From contig JAJTGE010000024.1 in the NCBI GenBank assembly GCA_021298555.1, positions 1,552 through 65,551 of the forward strand: a stretch of DNA of 64,000 nucleotides. Direction: 5' to 3'. The notes beneath the pieces are model-generated. The model did not search any database, was not told where the DNA came from, and saw only the letters and a list, made by a program, of their open reading frames with translations. A program made the position numbers and the translations under genes. The DNA is from Oxalobacteraceae bacterium (lineage in GTDB: Bacteria; Pseudomonadota; Gammaproteobacteria; Burkholderiales; Burkholderiaceae_D). Below, piece after piece: positions 8,796 through 19,132 of the stretch (its first letter is position 1; the number at the start of each line of letters is the position of its first letter).

Positions 8796-10037
8796 ATGGC
8801 AACCCGTTCATGGCGTGCCCCTCACTGGAGCGTTCGCCTCATTGCAACTGTGTTTATTCCATTATGGTTGTCAGCACCGACAGCCTCGATCGCTCAAGAA
8901 TCCAAACCCGTGCGCATAGGCGTGCCTACCTCAGTGCAGTTACAAGTAGGTAGAGATACGCTTACAGCTGTCAAAATGGCGGTTGACGAAGTTAATAAAA
9001 AAGGTGGTGTACTCGGGCGCAAGCTGGAGTTTGTTTCAGCTGACGAGACTGAAAATCCTGAAACTGGTATCAGTGCCATTCGCAAGCTGGTAGCAGATGA
9101 AAAAGTGGATGTGCTGATTGGTGGCTATACCAGCGGAGTCACGTTAGCTCAGTTACCGCATATTGCAGCGGCCAAGACTATTTATATGGGTGTAGGCGCA
9201 GCATCACCCAGCATCACCAATAAAGTTAAAACCGATTACGAGAACTACAAATATATATTCCGTGTAGGCCCTATCAATGCAGCGCATCAGGCGCGTGGGC
9301 TGGTGGATTTCATTGCAAACTTTGTGATCGGCGAGCTGGGGTATAAAAAAATTGCCATCGTTGGCGAGAATGCCAAGTGGGTACAAGATTTAGTTCCGGT
9401 GTTAACCAAAGGTGCCAAAGAGGTTGGTGCTGATATACGCATGACGGAATTGTTTGATACGCAAACATCGGATTTTTCGCCCTTGCTTGCCAAGATCAAA
9501 GCCAGTGGTGCTCAGTATCTGATCGTTACTGTCTCGCACGGCTCCAGCGATACCTTTGCCAAGCAATGGCATGATGCACAAGTACCTGTGCCCTACGGCG
9601 GTATAGACGTCAAGAGTATGGATGGCGATTTTTATAACCGTATAGGTGGTAAATCAATTTCTGAAGTGGCTGCTAATTTTGCTGTACGCGCACCACTAAC
9701 TAAAAAGACGATTCCGTTTTTTGATGCCTTTAAAAAGCTCTCACCTAATTATCCCGTCTATACCGCTTTTTTTGCGTATGATGCTGTTTTTATGTATGCC
9801 GATGCCGTCAAGCGCGCGGGTAGTTTTGATACGGACAAAATCATCAAAGAGTTGGAAAAAACCAAGCACGAAGGCATAGCGGGTGAAATTTCATTTGATG
9901 AGAATCATGACCTAATGACGGGCAAGGGCAAGACGAATTTGATCTTTGCTCAGTGGCAGGACAAGGGCGAGCGAGTAGTTATTTATCCCAAAGAACTACG
10001 CACGGGTAATTTCATCCTTCCCCCCTGGATGAAGTAG
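8796..10037 (+). CDS. LIV/HAAT-family ABC transporter substrate-binding protein
   Basis: AGGAG RBS; signal peptide; EVN.KGGVLGRKLE, GGYTSG, TSDFSPLL.KIK. Confidence 0.92.
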   Translation: MATRSWRAPHWSVRLIATVFIPLWLSAPTASIAQESKPVRIGVPTSVQLQVGRDTLTAVKMAVDEVNKKGGVLGRKLEFVSADETENPETGISAIRKLVADEKVDVLIGGYTSGVTLAQLPHIAAAKTIYMGVGAASPSITNKVKTDYENYKYIFRVGPINAAHQARGLVDFIANFVIGELGYKKIAIVGENAKWVQDLVPVLTKGAKEVGADIRMTELFDTQTSDFSPLLAKIKASGAQYLIVTVSHGSSDTFAKQWHDAQVPVPYGGIDVKSMDGDFYNRIGGKSISEVAANFAVRAPLTKKTIPFFDAFKKLSPNYPVYTAFFAYDAVFMYADAVKRAGSFDTDKIIKELEKTKHEGIAGEISFDENHDLMTGKGKTNLIFAQWQDKGERVVIYPKELRTGNFILPPWMK

Positions 10038-10888
10038 TGGAAATTCTCATTTACGGCGCAGTGACTAGCGCCATTTACGCCATGCTGGCAGTGGGTTTCA
10101 CACTGATTTTTGGTGTGGCCCGTGTGCTCAATCTTGCCCATGGATCGTTCTATGCGCTGGGTGCTTACGGTACCTATGTATTGACATCGTTAGTTGGGTG
10201 GCCGCTCTGGCTGGCAGCGATCGTCGCCATTGCGGGTGTCTCGTTATTTGGTGTGATCGTTGAAAAAATCTTGATACGCCCATTGCGCTATTCGCAGTTG
10301 GGCGTGCTCATGATTACGCTGGCTGTATCGTTGGTGGTTGAGCAGGCACTTTTTTTAACTTTTGGTTCTGAATACCGCAACGTACCCGCATTTATTGATA
10401 CAAAAATTAGTATTGGTGGTGTCGATGTGGCGGGCCAGCGTTTGTTAACGCTGTTCGTGGCGGTGGTAGCGATAGGCGCGCTGTATCTGTTCATACAACG
10501 TACTCGTTTGGGTAGCGCCATACTCGCCATCTCGCAAGATGCGGAAGCAGCCAAATACATGGGTATACCTAGCGATCGTATTTTTTCATTAGTCATGGCC
10601 ATCTCTGCTGCGCTGGCTGGCTTAGCGGGTGTATTGGCGGGTCCTTTTCTTTCTGTGCAGCCTTCTATGCATTTACTGCCGATAGTAAAAGCCTTTGCAA
10701 TTGTGATTGTGGGTGGTTTGGGATCTATACCCGGCAGTATTCTGGCTGCACTGATGTTGGGCTATGCCGAGACTTTGGTGGCTTATCTCATTTCAACGAG
10801 CTGGACTGAAATCGTCTCTGTACTTGCGACCTTGCTGACGCTGGTACTTAGGCCAGCGGGTATCTTCGGCAAACGAGCTGCATTCTAG
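10037..10888 (+). CDS. LIV-family ABC permease (LivH-like)
   Basis: YA.LAVGFTLIFGV.RVLNLAHG; GGLGSI.G; GTG start overlaps upstream TAG. Confidence 0.92.
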   Translation: MEILIYGAVTSAIYAMLAVGFTLIFGVARVLNLAHGSFYALGAYGTYVLTSLVGWPLWLAAIVAIAGVSLFGVIVEKILIRPLRYSQLGVLMITLAVSLVVEQALFLTFGSEYRNVPAFIDTKISIGGVDVAGQRLLTLFVAVVAIGALYLFIQRTRLGSAILAISQDAEAAKYMGIPSDRIFSLVMAISAALAGLAGVLAGPFLSVQPSMHLLPIVKAFAIVIVGGLGSIPGSILAALMLGYAETLVAYLISTSWTEIVSVLATLLTLVLRPAGIFGKRAAF

Positions 10889-10892
10889 GGGC

Positions 10893-11846
10893 ATGCACGT
10901 GAACGGATTTCAGCAACTCGATAAACTCAGTGGCATGGCAGGCGTGGCAGCGTTGGGTTTATTAGCCATAGCTCCCTTGGCGTTTCCAGGAAATTATTTA
11001 GTAGGCGTGTTGACGGTTGCGGCCATCTATGGCATTTGGGCGGTGAGTTGGGATTTCATGTCGGGTTTGACGGGACGTGAAAATTTTGGTCACTCGCTTT
11101 TTATCGGTGTGGGTGCGTATGTGGCTGGATTTGTGAATGTACAAATGGGATTTGGCCCCTGGTGGAGTTTGCCTGCATCGATGCTGCTTGCTGTGGTGTT
11201 TGCTTTATTGCTGGGCTTTCCTACATTGCGTTTAAAAGGGCCGTATTTTGCACTGGCCATGTTATCAGCGGCCGTCATCATGCAGCGACTGATGCTGATT
11301 TTCTGGGAATACACCGGAGGCGAAGAGGGCATACAAGACATCGCTCCGCTAATACGTAATAACCTTCATTACTACTGGTTTGTACTGGCTGTTTTAGGAC
11401 TCACTACATTCATTCTGAGTTGGATGGCGCGCTCGCGTTGGGGACTCATTTTGCGTGCCATACGCGGCGATGAAGCGACCTGTCTGGCAGCGGGTATTCC
11501 AATTACTACTTACAAAATTGTTTCCTTAGTCATTAGCGCAGCGTTCGCTGGTTTGGGTGGTGCTTTGTATGCGCACTATCAGCTGCAAGTCAGTCCGCAA
11601 TTATTTGCCGTAGTGACTTCAGTAACTATCATCACGATGGTATACGTGGGAGGCATGGGCACCATTTATGGCCCTGTAGGTGGTGCTTTGCTACTGACAT
11701 TACTCACCGAAGGTTTGCGTAATTTTGGTGAATGGCGATTAATGGTTTATAGCGTATTGCTGATACTGATTTTGTTTTTCCTGCCCAACGGATTCATCGC
11801 TCCTCTATGGAAGCGGCTACGTTCAGGCCAGGGGGGCAAATCATGA
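10893..11846 (+). CDS. LIV-family ABC permease (LivM-like)
   Basis: FGHS.F.G.GAY, LRL.G.YFA, TGG..G, GG.GTI.GP. Confidence 0.92.
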   Translation: MHVNGFQQLDKLSGMAGVAALGLLAIAPLAFPGNYLVGVLTVAAIYGIWAVSWDFMSGLTGRENFGHSLFIGVGAYVAGFVNVQMGFGPWWSLPASMLLAVVFALLLGFPTLRLKGPYFALAMLSAAVIMQRLMLIFWEYTGGEEGIQDIAPLIRNNLHYYWFVLAVLGLTTFILSWMARSRWGLILRAIRGDEATCLAAGIPITTYKIVSLVISAAFAGLGGALYAHYQLQVSPQLFAVVTSVTIITMVYVGGMGTIYGPVGGALLLTLLTEGLRNFGEWRLMVYSVLLILILFFLPNGFIAPLWKRLRSGQGGKS

Positions 11847-12604
11847 ATCAAGCCATAAGCTCAGTGCTGCTAGAAGTCGATAGCGTTAATAAACATTTTG
11901 GTGGGCTGCATGCTGTTAAGCAGGTCAGCATGCGCATACACCGTGGTGAGATCGTCGGCATACTTGGGCCGAATGGCGCAGGCAAGACCACCTTGTTTAA
12001 CATGCTGACTAATTTCATACCGCCCGATAATGGTCGCGTGGTGTTTAATGGTCAGTCGTTGCTTGGTGTAAAACCGCATAAGATCGTGACCTTGGGTATC
12101 GCCAGAACGTTTCAACTATGCCGGCCTTTCGTTGGTTTATCGGTATTAGAAAATGTATTAGTCGGTAGCTTAGGCCCGCGCGTGCGCCATGATGGTTTAG
12201 GTGAGCGAGCCATGCAGTTACTCAAACAAGTCGGTTTAGAAGCCAAGGCGCACACGCCCGCTGAATTATTATCGTATGGTGATTTGCGCCGTTTAGAAAT
12301 AGCGCGCGCATTAGCGGCTGAGCCTGAATTACTATTGCTTGATGAACCCTTTGCGGGTTTAGGCTCATCTGAGATAGAAGCGATTTCTGCATTAATACGC
12401 CAACTGCATGCAGAAAAGCAGCTGACGATATTGCTCATAGAGCATAAGCTGCGCGAATTCATGCAGTTAGTCTCGCGCGTCATCGCGCTTGATTTTGGTG
12501 AAGTGATCGCCGAAGGATCGCCCGCAGAAATCGTTGCGCATCCGCGAGTAATCGAAGCCTACATAGGTAAACAAACTCCGATGGCGGTGGATCATGCTAC
12601 TTAA
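11843..12604 (+). CDS. LIV-family ABC ATPase (LivG-like)
   Basis: GPNGAGKTT, GIARTFQ, LLLLDEP.AG, HPRVIEAYIG; ATG at 11843 overlaps upstream TGA. Confidence 0.92.
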   Translation: MNQAISSVLLEVDSVNKHFGGLHAVKQVSMRIHRGEIVGILGPNGAGKTTLFNMLTNFIPPDNGRVVFNGQSLLGVKPHKIVTLGIARTFQLCRPFVGLSVLENVLVGSLGPRVRHDGLGERAMQLLKQVGLEAKAHTPAELLSYGDLRRLEIARALAAEPELLLLDEPFAGLGSSEIEAISALIRQLHAEKQLTILLIEHKLREFMQLVSRVIALDFGEVIAEGSPAEIVAHPRVIEAYIGKQTPMAVDHAT

Positions 12605-13301
12605 GATTGATCAGCTTACAGCGGGTTATGGACAAGCGATTGCACTAGAAAAAGTTCAATTGCACATACAGCCGGGCGAGTTGGTAGCGATACTAGGGCC
12701 CAACGGTGCGGGTAAATCTACGCTACTCAAAGTAATTTCTCGATCTATGAATTCGCAGGGTTTACTTGAATTCAATGGTCAGTCATTACATAACTACTCA
12801 ACGGAGCAAGTCGTCGGTTTGGGTATTTGTCATTGCCCTGAAGGGCGGCGCTTGTTTCCTGAATTATCGGTGATGAAAAATCTGCAATTAGGTGCGTATT
12901 TGCGCACAAATCGACAAGCGATTGCGGATGATCTTGAGCGCGTATTTTCCTTGTTTCCGATTTTGGCTGAGCGCGAGCATCAAATTGTGAATACGCTCTC
13001 AGGCGGGCAGCAACAGATGGTGGCCATAGGCCGAGCTCTGATGGGTGACCCGCAATTGTTGTTACTAGACGAACCTTCTGTCGGTATCGCGCATCGTTTA
13101 AAAATGGAAATTTTTGCAGCTATCCGAACGATTTGCGATGGGGGTGTTGCCATAGTCATGGCCGAGCAGGATGCCCAATCGGCACTCCATATAGCCGATA
13201 GAGCCTATGTACTAGAGCACGGTTCGGTGGCGCAGGAAGGCAAAGCATCAGCCCTGGCATCAGACGACCGCATCCGTAAAATCTATCTGGGTGTGGGCTA
13301 A
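12594..13301 (+). CDS. LIV-family ABC ATPase (LivF-like)
   Basis: GPNGAGKST, PEGRRLF, LSGGQQQM, LLLDEPS. Confidence 0.92.
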   Translation: MLLKIDQLTAGYGQAIALEKVQLHIQPGELVAILGPNGAGKSTLLKVISRSMNSQGLLEFNGQSLHNYSTEQVVGLGICHCPEGRRLFPELSVMKNLQLGAYLRTNRQAIADDLERVFSLFPILAEREHQIVNTLSGGQQQMVAIGRALMGDPQLLLLDEPSVGIAHRLKMEIFAAIRTICDGGVAIVMAEQDAQSALHIADRAYVLEHGSVAQEGKASALASDDRIRKIYLGVG

Positions 13302-13385
13302 GTCGACGACCTGTTCTGGTAAATGCGTTATTCTCTTGTTATTCCACCCAATAGCATTCATTAGTCGTCCCACCATGGAGTTGTA

Positions 13386-14213
13386 ATGAACGATCACACT
13401 GAACTGTCGCAGCTGGAATTGAATCAACAGTATCTGGGTAATGGCAAGTCTTTAGCTTTGCCGGCCATACCTGTTTTTGAGACGCTGGAAGAAGAGCGAC
13501 TGCATCGCAAGCAAAAGCTAGCGGGTGCGTTTCGTTTGTTTTCCCGTTTTGGTTTTGATGAAGGTGTGGCGGGTCACATTACCGCGCGTGATCCAGAGTT
13601 TCTCGATACATTCTGGGTCAACCCTTACGGTGTGCATTTCGGTCAGGTCAAGGTATCGAATTTGATTCGTGTCGACCATGAAGGCAATGTAGTCGAAGGC
13701 AATCATCCGGTTAACTGTGCAGCCTTTGCGATTCATTCGGCCGTGCACACTATGCGTCCCGATGTAAATGCTGCGGCTCATACGCATTCACCTTATGGCC
13801 GTGCATGGTCTGCATTGGGTCGCACGCTAGATCCCATTACTCAGGATGTCTGTGCTTTTTACAATGATCACGCTGTTTATGATGATTTTGGTGGAGTCGC
13901 TGTTGAGCTAGACGAAGGGGTGCGCATAGCCAAAGCTTTGGGCCAGAACAAGGCAGCCATTTTGCAAAACCACGGCATTATCACCGCCGGTGAGACCGTC
14001 GATGCAGCTGCTTGGTGGTACATCTGTTTAGAGCGTAGCTGTCAGGTTCAGTTACTGGCTGAGGCTGCCTCGCACGGTAAACCATTAAAAACCATAACCC
14101 CTGAGTCCGCACAAAAGACGTACGACATTGTGGGTTCACCGTATGCTGGTTGGTTTCAATTTCAGCCTTTGTATGCGCGCATACTCAAAGAGCAGCCAGA
14201 CTTTCTCGATTAA
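13386..14213 (+). CDS. Class II aldolase/adducin family protein
   Basis: EGVAGHITARDP, AF.IHS, AAHTHS, ILQNHG metal-binding His motifs. Confidence 0.9.
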   Translation: MNDHTELSQLELNQQYLGNGKSLALPAIPVFETLEEERLHRKQKLAGAFRLFSRFGFDEGVAGHITARDPEFLDTFWVNPYGVHFGQVKVSNLIRVDHEGNVVEGNHPVNCAAFAIHSAVHTMRPDVNAAAHTHSPYGRAWSALGRTLDPITQDVCAFYNDHAVYDDFGGVAVELDEGVRIAKALGQNKAAILQNHGIITAGETVDAAAWWYICLERSCQVQLLAEAASHGKPLKTITPESAQKTYDIVGSPYAGWFQFQPLYARILKEQPDFLD

Positions 14214-14221
14214 TAGCCTTT

Positions 14222-14257
14222 GCAAAGCGGCGCGTCAGTCGGCTCTAGCCGCTTTGC
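14222..14257. other. Stem-loop after aldolase gene
   Basis: GCAAAGCGGC ... GCCGCTTTGC 10-bp inverted repeat. Confidence 0.5.
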
Positions 14258-14405
14258 TTCTGCCTATCCCCAGCTTCTGTTAATACTAAGGGTTGCAACG
14301 CAAAGCTCATCATAGCGTGCGCGTTTGGTTGATAAAATGTCTCGCTCATTGAACGCGACGACTAGTTGTGCCGCGCGTTAATCATAATCAGTAAATTCTC
14401 GATTC

Positions 14406-16049
14406 ATGGCAACCACATCGCTTAGCAGACCTCCTGAAACAGTCGATTATGTGATTGTGGGGGCGGGTGCTGCTGGCGCAATTCTGGCCCATCGATTAAG
14501 TGCCGATAAAAACATCACCGTCTGTCTGCTGGAAGCAGGCCCTAGTGACTGGCATCCCTGGCTGCATATTCCTGCAGGTTTTGTAAAAGTTTTATTCAAC
14601 CCGGCGTTTACCTGGCAGTTTTCATCAGAGCCGAACTCACAGACCCTGAATCGTCGAGTGCCTTTGCCTCAGGGCCGTGTGCTCGGTGGGTCGAGTTCCA
14701 TTAATGGTTTGGTGTACAACCGCGGTCAACGAGACGACTACGATGCGTGGTCAGCGCTAGGTAATCGCGGCTGGAGTTATGCCGAGGTTTTGCCTTACTT
14801 CAAACGCAGTGAGCAGTATGCTTTGGGTGATGCTTCATTTCGGGGACGCGATGGATTACTGCCTGTTACAGACATAGACTGGCACCATCCCATTAGTGAT
14901 GCATTTATCGCCGGTGCTCAAGGCATAGGCATACCGCGTAACCATGACTACAACGGAGCATCACAAGCAGGTGTAGGTTTTTTTCAGCGTACGATTAGCC
15001 AAGGCTGGCGCATGAGTACGTCGCGCACGTTTCTTAAACCTGCGCGTTCACGTAGTAATTTAGATGTACGTACGCATGCTCGAGCAACACGCATAGTGAT
15101 AGCTGATGGTCGTGCAACAGGCATTCAGTATGTGCGTGGTGATTCATCCCGTAATCTGCACGAAATTCACGCCCGGCGGGAAGTCATTATCTGTGCCGGA
15201 GCAATTAACACTCCGCGGTTACTGCAGCTTTCAGGGCTGGGTGATGCTGAGTTTTTGCAGTCAAAGGGCATACGCGTTCATCGTCATCTGCCTGGTGTAG
15301 GGCAAAATCTTTCCGATCATTTTTCTATACGGCTGGTGGCGCGCGCAAAAAATAGTCGCACCATGAATGAAATGTCGCGCGGTTTAGGCTTAGTTGGACA
15401 AGTTGCGCGTTGGTTAGTGGGCAAGCCCAGCATACTGGCGCTGAGCCCGTCACTGATCCATTTTTTCTGGAAATCCAACGATGATCTAAACCGACCTGAT
15501 TTGCAGGGAGTGTTTTCACCTGCAAGCTATCGTGAAGGTTATGTTGGCATGCTTGATACCTATCCTGGCATGACCTGCGGAGTATGGCAGCACAGACCAG
15601 AGAGTCGGGGCTATGTACATGTGCGCAGTGCAGATCCGTTTGAGGATCCATTCATACAGCCTAATTATTTGAGTCACGAGCGTGATCAACAAACCTTGAT
15701 ACGCGGCGTGCGGCTGGCAAGGCGTTTGTTGCAAACGCCTGAGTTGGCACCTTATGTCGAGTCAGAGTCTATGCCCGGCAGTGACAAAAACAGCGATGAA
15801 GAACTCTTAAGCTTTATACGACAGTACGGTGTGTCTTCTTACCACCTGAATGGTACGGCACGTATGGGTAGGGCAGACGACAGTATGTCGGTGGTCGATG
15901 ATGAATTACGAGTGCACGGCATACACAATTTACGCATCGCAGATTCATCGGTCATGCCCACGATACCTTCGGCGAATATTTGTGCAGCAACGATGATGAT
16001 TGCTGAAAAGGTAGCCGATCTTATATTGGAAGCTAGGGAACCAGATTGA
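14406..16049 (+). CDS. GMC oxidoreductase (choline dehydrogenase-like flavoprotein), paralog 1
   Basis: DYVIVGAGAAG, GRVLGGSSSING..YNRG, catalytic H (SSYHLNGT) and N (SANI). Confidence 0.93.
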   Translation: MATTSLSRPPETVDYVIVGAGAAGAILAHRLSADKNITVCLLEAGPSDWHPWLHIPAGFVKVLFNPAFTWQFSSEPNSQTLNRRVPLPQGRVLGGSSSINGLVYNRGQRDDYDAWSALGNRGWSYAEVLPYFKRSEQYALGDASFRGRDGLLPVTDIDWHHPISDAFIAGAQGIGIPRNHDYNGASQAGVGFFQRTISQGWRMSTSRTFLKPARSRSNLDVRTHARATRIVIADGRATGIQYVRGDSSRNLHEIHARREVIICAGAINTPRLLQLSGLGDAEFLQSKGIRVHRHLPGVGQNLSDHFSIRLVARAKNSRTMNEMSRGLGLVGQVARWLVGKPSILALSPSLIHFFWKSNDDLNRPDLQGVFSPASYREGYVGMLDTYPGMTCGVWQHRPESRGYVHVRSADPFEDPFIQPNYLSHERDQQTLIRGVRLARRLLQTPELAPYVESESMPGSDKNSDEELLSFIRQYGVSSYHLNGTARMGRADDSMSVVDDELRVHGIHNLRIADSSVMPTIPSANICAATMMIAEKVADLILEAREPD

Positions 16050-16749
16050 TTTCCATGCATAGCTGATAGCCCATACCCCAGACTGATTTAATAGCGGGCT
16101 CCGCGCCTTCCACTTGCGCCGCACGAATTTTCTTTCGTAATCTAGCGACAAGTTCTTCAAGCGCATGCTTGCTCATAGTTTCTTCGCTAGTTTGTCCGGT
16201 ACACACATCGCAAAGAGTAATTGAATCAAGCGTATTATCCCGCGCCTGCACTAGGGCTACCAGAAACATCTTCTCGCGCATTGTTAAGCGCAACACGGAA
16301 GATAAGCCAGGTCCCAGCAGAGTGCGCTGTCTCAGACCCAATGACGCGGCCTGATCATCCTGAGTAGGTTTGACGCGCCGACCCAAACTGCGAAGTATCA
16401 TCACCAATTCTTCTGGTACAACGGGTTTAGTCAGATAGACATCTGCACCGCCCACATCGTAGCCAGCAATCCGGTCGTTCAGGGTGACCCTAGCTGTCAT
16501 GATGACTATGCCTGCATCAGGCAAGGTCTGGCGCAGACGATTGGATAGGCTCAGCCCGTCCTCACCCGGAAGGTTGAGATCAATCACGAAGATATCTATA
16601 GGCGTGCACGTAATCAGATCATCCAGAGCACGAACAGAATTGACCGCGCTGACTAGAAAACCATGCCTGCTTAGGTGCTCGCTGACCTCGGATCGCAATA
16701 GCTCATCGTCTTCTACGAGTGCAATCGATATTACTGACTGGGACGACAT
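16033..16749 (-). CDS. OmpR-family response regulator
   Basis: LVEDD, IDLNLPGEDG, MTAR, GADVYLTKP, wHTH ending I.SVWG.GY. Confidence 0.92.
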   Translation of the reverse strand: MSSQSVISIALVEDDELLRSEVSEHLSRHGFLVSAVNSVRALDDLITCTPIDIFVIDLNLPGEDGLSLSNRLRQTLPDAGIVIMTARVTLNDRIAGYDVGGADVYLTKPVVPEELVMILRSLGRRVKPTQDDQAASLGLRQRTLLGPGLSSVLRLTMREKMFLVALVQARDNTLDSITLCDVCTGQTSEETMSKHALEELVARLRKKIRAAQVEGAEPAIKSVWGMGYQLCMEINLVP

Positions 16750-16853
16750 GGTGTTTCCTAATGGTTGAATTTTTTAATAACGCTAACTGAGCACTAGCGA
16801 AAATGTTTTTGACGTAATCGCATTACTTGGTGGCTCATATTTTTTACCTATGC

Positions 16854-18857
16854 TTAATTCGGCACTGCGACGGTAAAGGTCACGTTTTCCTGATTATGCT
16901 GAAAATCAATGCTTGCACCAATCTTGGCGGCAGCCGCTTTTACCAGACTCAAGCCTAATCCTAATCCAGGCAAGGCCATGGAATTCGGATGACGGTAGTA
17001 CCGTTCGAACAGACGTTCCACATCGGGTATGCCGAATGTACCCACGGCATTGCTGATTTCAAAATATAAGATCTGCGGCTCATCTGTCGGAGCCTTGTTT
17101 CCGTCCAGAACAGATTGCTCGGAACGAGGATAGGGCTTGACGGAAATTTTTATCGCTCCGCCTTCATGACCGTATTTATATGCGTTTCGTATGAGATTAC
17201 CGAAAATGACGATCAGCATTTCTCGGTCGGCCTTGAAACTGGCGTGCACATCGACATCGATACTAAATCGCTCGTGATCTGTATACGTTTCAGTCAATTC
17301 ATCAATCAAGTCAGATGCTGCTCCGCCGAAATCGGCAGGTGTAGGTTCATAGCGATCTAATCTAGCTGACACGGCGACGTGCTCGATTAAGCGATTCATA
17401 CGATTGACGGAAATATCAATGTGTTTTATTTTTTGCGTCGTAGAAGGATGATCTTGCCAATTTTCTTTCAGGGCTCTGGATGCAAAAGTAATCGTTCCGA
17501 GCGAATTTTTGAGATCATGCGTCAACAGATCAATCAGGGTATTTCGGTCTGACAGCATGGCGGCGTAGGATGCCGCCTCGATTTTATCAATGCGATTCTG
17601 ATTAATTTGTTCTGCCTGGATTTTTTCTCGGTATTCTTCCTCGAACCTAATCAGAAAAAATACAAATATACCGACTATCGTGCCGTTCAGACGCCAATCA
17701 GAAATATTTTGAAAAAGTCCTTCGATAGAGCCAATTTTTTCAAAGAGTAGCCACGGCAGAAGAGACGCTAGCAAGATGAAGTTAAAAATAAGGTAACTAA
17801 ATTTTAGTAAATTTCTGACATTCTTGACCATTCCTTTGGATTTTAATAATCCAAACAAATGTATGCTCGGTTGTAGAGTAAAAATTACCAAATTCAACTG
17901 AATGGCAATTATTCGGTAACTCGAAAAAAATAAACATATATTCAAAGCACACACGGCTACTAACAAAAATACCAAGCGTTGGTAGAGTGTGGAAGAACAA
18001 TACGGCCCTACGACGACAAATAGCACCAGATTCAATAGCAATGTCCTAAGCATGAACATCACATGTGGCAATGCATCCAGCACGTCAACGGATAAATTGG
18101 GAAACCATGTCGCAGGAAATCCATAGATCGACAGCAGGTAAACAACAACACACACCTGAAAAATACAGAAAACAATCGTTAGTTTTGATCGGTGTCGGGT
18201 CAACCAATACAAACCTATCATCAGCATGAAAAACGTCACTGTCAGTGAAATAAAAATACGTTTGATACGGGCACTGCTTGCAAGGGATAGATTTTCCAAA
18301 GTCACGACTTCGGTGTCGGGCATCAGGAAGCCATAGGTCTGAATTTTCAGATAAACAGTCCTGGGTTCCAGAGAATGGTTTCGTAAGCTAAAGCAGTAGT
18401 AATCATCTGCGCAGGTGTTTTTTTTGCTGCTTTGCAGATCTCCGGCAGTTTGAACCTGCCATAGTCCCTGATCGAATTCATACATGTCAATCTGATTAGT
18501 GTCGTGTGGGCCTACACGCAAGATCAGGTTATTCAACTCGGAAGGAACCGCTAATTCTGAGTAAGCTCTCGATGGTGTGATGCGAATTTGTACCCAAACC
18601 GGAGTTTTTTGATATCCGAGATTTAAGTGCTTGGAATAAGCGGTAAATGGTGCGTGGTCTATCGACCCGATATTAAATTGAAATTGCTTATCAATAAAAT
18701 ATGATTGCTCGTAGGTCGGATTATCCGAAGCAATTGATACGATAGGGAAGAAAAAACAAACGCAGAAGCACCAAAAGCAGCAGATAAAAAAAACTGCAGG
18801 ATGGCCAGTGAACAATGGACGCTTGTGCTGTTGAGTCATGTAAATCATGCCGATCAA
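16854..18857 (-). CDS. Sensor histidine kinase with 7TM-DISM-type periplasmic and membrane region
   Basis: LNLGY...VW, about 7 hydrophobic segments, H-box LTHDLKNSL, N-box NLIRNAYKY, LFERYYR, GLGLGLSLV. Confidence 0.88.
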   Translation of the reverse strand: MIGMIYMTQQHKRPLFTGHPAVFFICCFWCFCVCFFFPIVSIASDNPTYEQSYFIDKQFQFNIGSIDHAPFTAYSKHLNLGYQKTPVWVQIRITPSRAYSELAVPSELNNLILRVGPHDTNQIDMYEFDQGLWQVQTAGDLQSSKKNTCADDYYCFSLRNHSLEPRTVYLKIQTYGFLMPDTEVVTLENLSLASSARIKRIFISLTVTFFMLMIGLYWLTRHRSKLTIVFCIFQVCVVVYLLSIYGFPATWFPNLSVDVLDALPHVMFMLRTLLLNLVLFVVVGPYCSSTLYQRLVFLLVAVCALNICLFFSSYRIIAIQLNLVIFTLQPSIHLFGLLKSKGMVKNVRNLLKFSYLIFNFILLASLLPWLLFEKIGSIEGLFQNISDWRLNGTIVGIFVFFLIRFEEEYREKIQAEQINQNRIDKIEAASYAAMLSDRNTLIDLLTHDLKNSLGTITFASRALKENWQDHPSTTQKIKHIDISVNRMNRLIEHVAVSARLDRYEPTPADFGGAASDLIDELTETYTDHERFSIDVDVHASFKADREMLIVIFGNLIRNAYKYGHEGGAIKISVKPYPRSEQSVLDGNKAPTDEPQILYFEISNAVGTFGIPDVERLFERYYRHPNSMALPGLGLGLSLVKAAAAKIGASIDFQHNQENVTFTVAVPN

Positions 18858-18933
18858 GGTTTTTCACCTAAAGCTATTGAAGCGCTAATTAAATACAAGC
18901 GTGACGTTTCTCGAATACCTAGTCTGGGATAAC

Positions 18934-19072
18934 CACTTAATTCACTTAATTGTGAGTTTTTGTGAGTATTGATGATGAGCCAGGCGCCCGGTAAATCATA
19001 CATTCTTTTATTACGCTATCGAATGGACTCAAATTGTGAGTAACGAAGAGTTACTGTGAGGAAGAATGTGAG
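18934..19072. promoter_or_regulatory. Five TGTGAG direct repeats in divergent intergenic region
   Basis: TGTGAG at 18951, 18961, 19035, 19055 and 19067, plus tandem CACTTAATT x2 at 18934. Confidence 0.4.
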
Positions 19073-19132
19073 TTGAGCAGTCTGCAATGGATAGCATCAC
19101 GTCATGCTGAATTATACGTGTGGGCTATTTCA

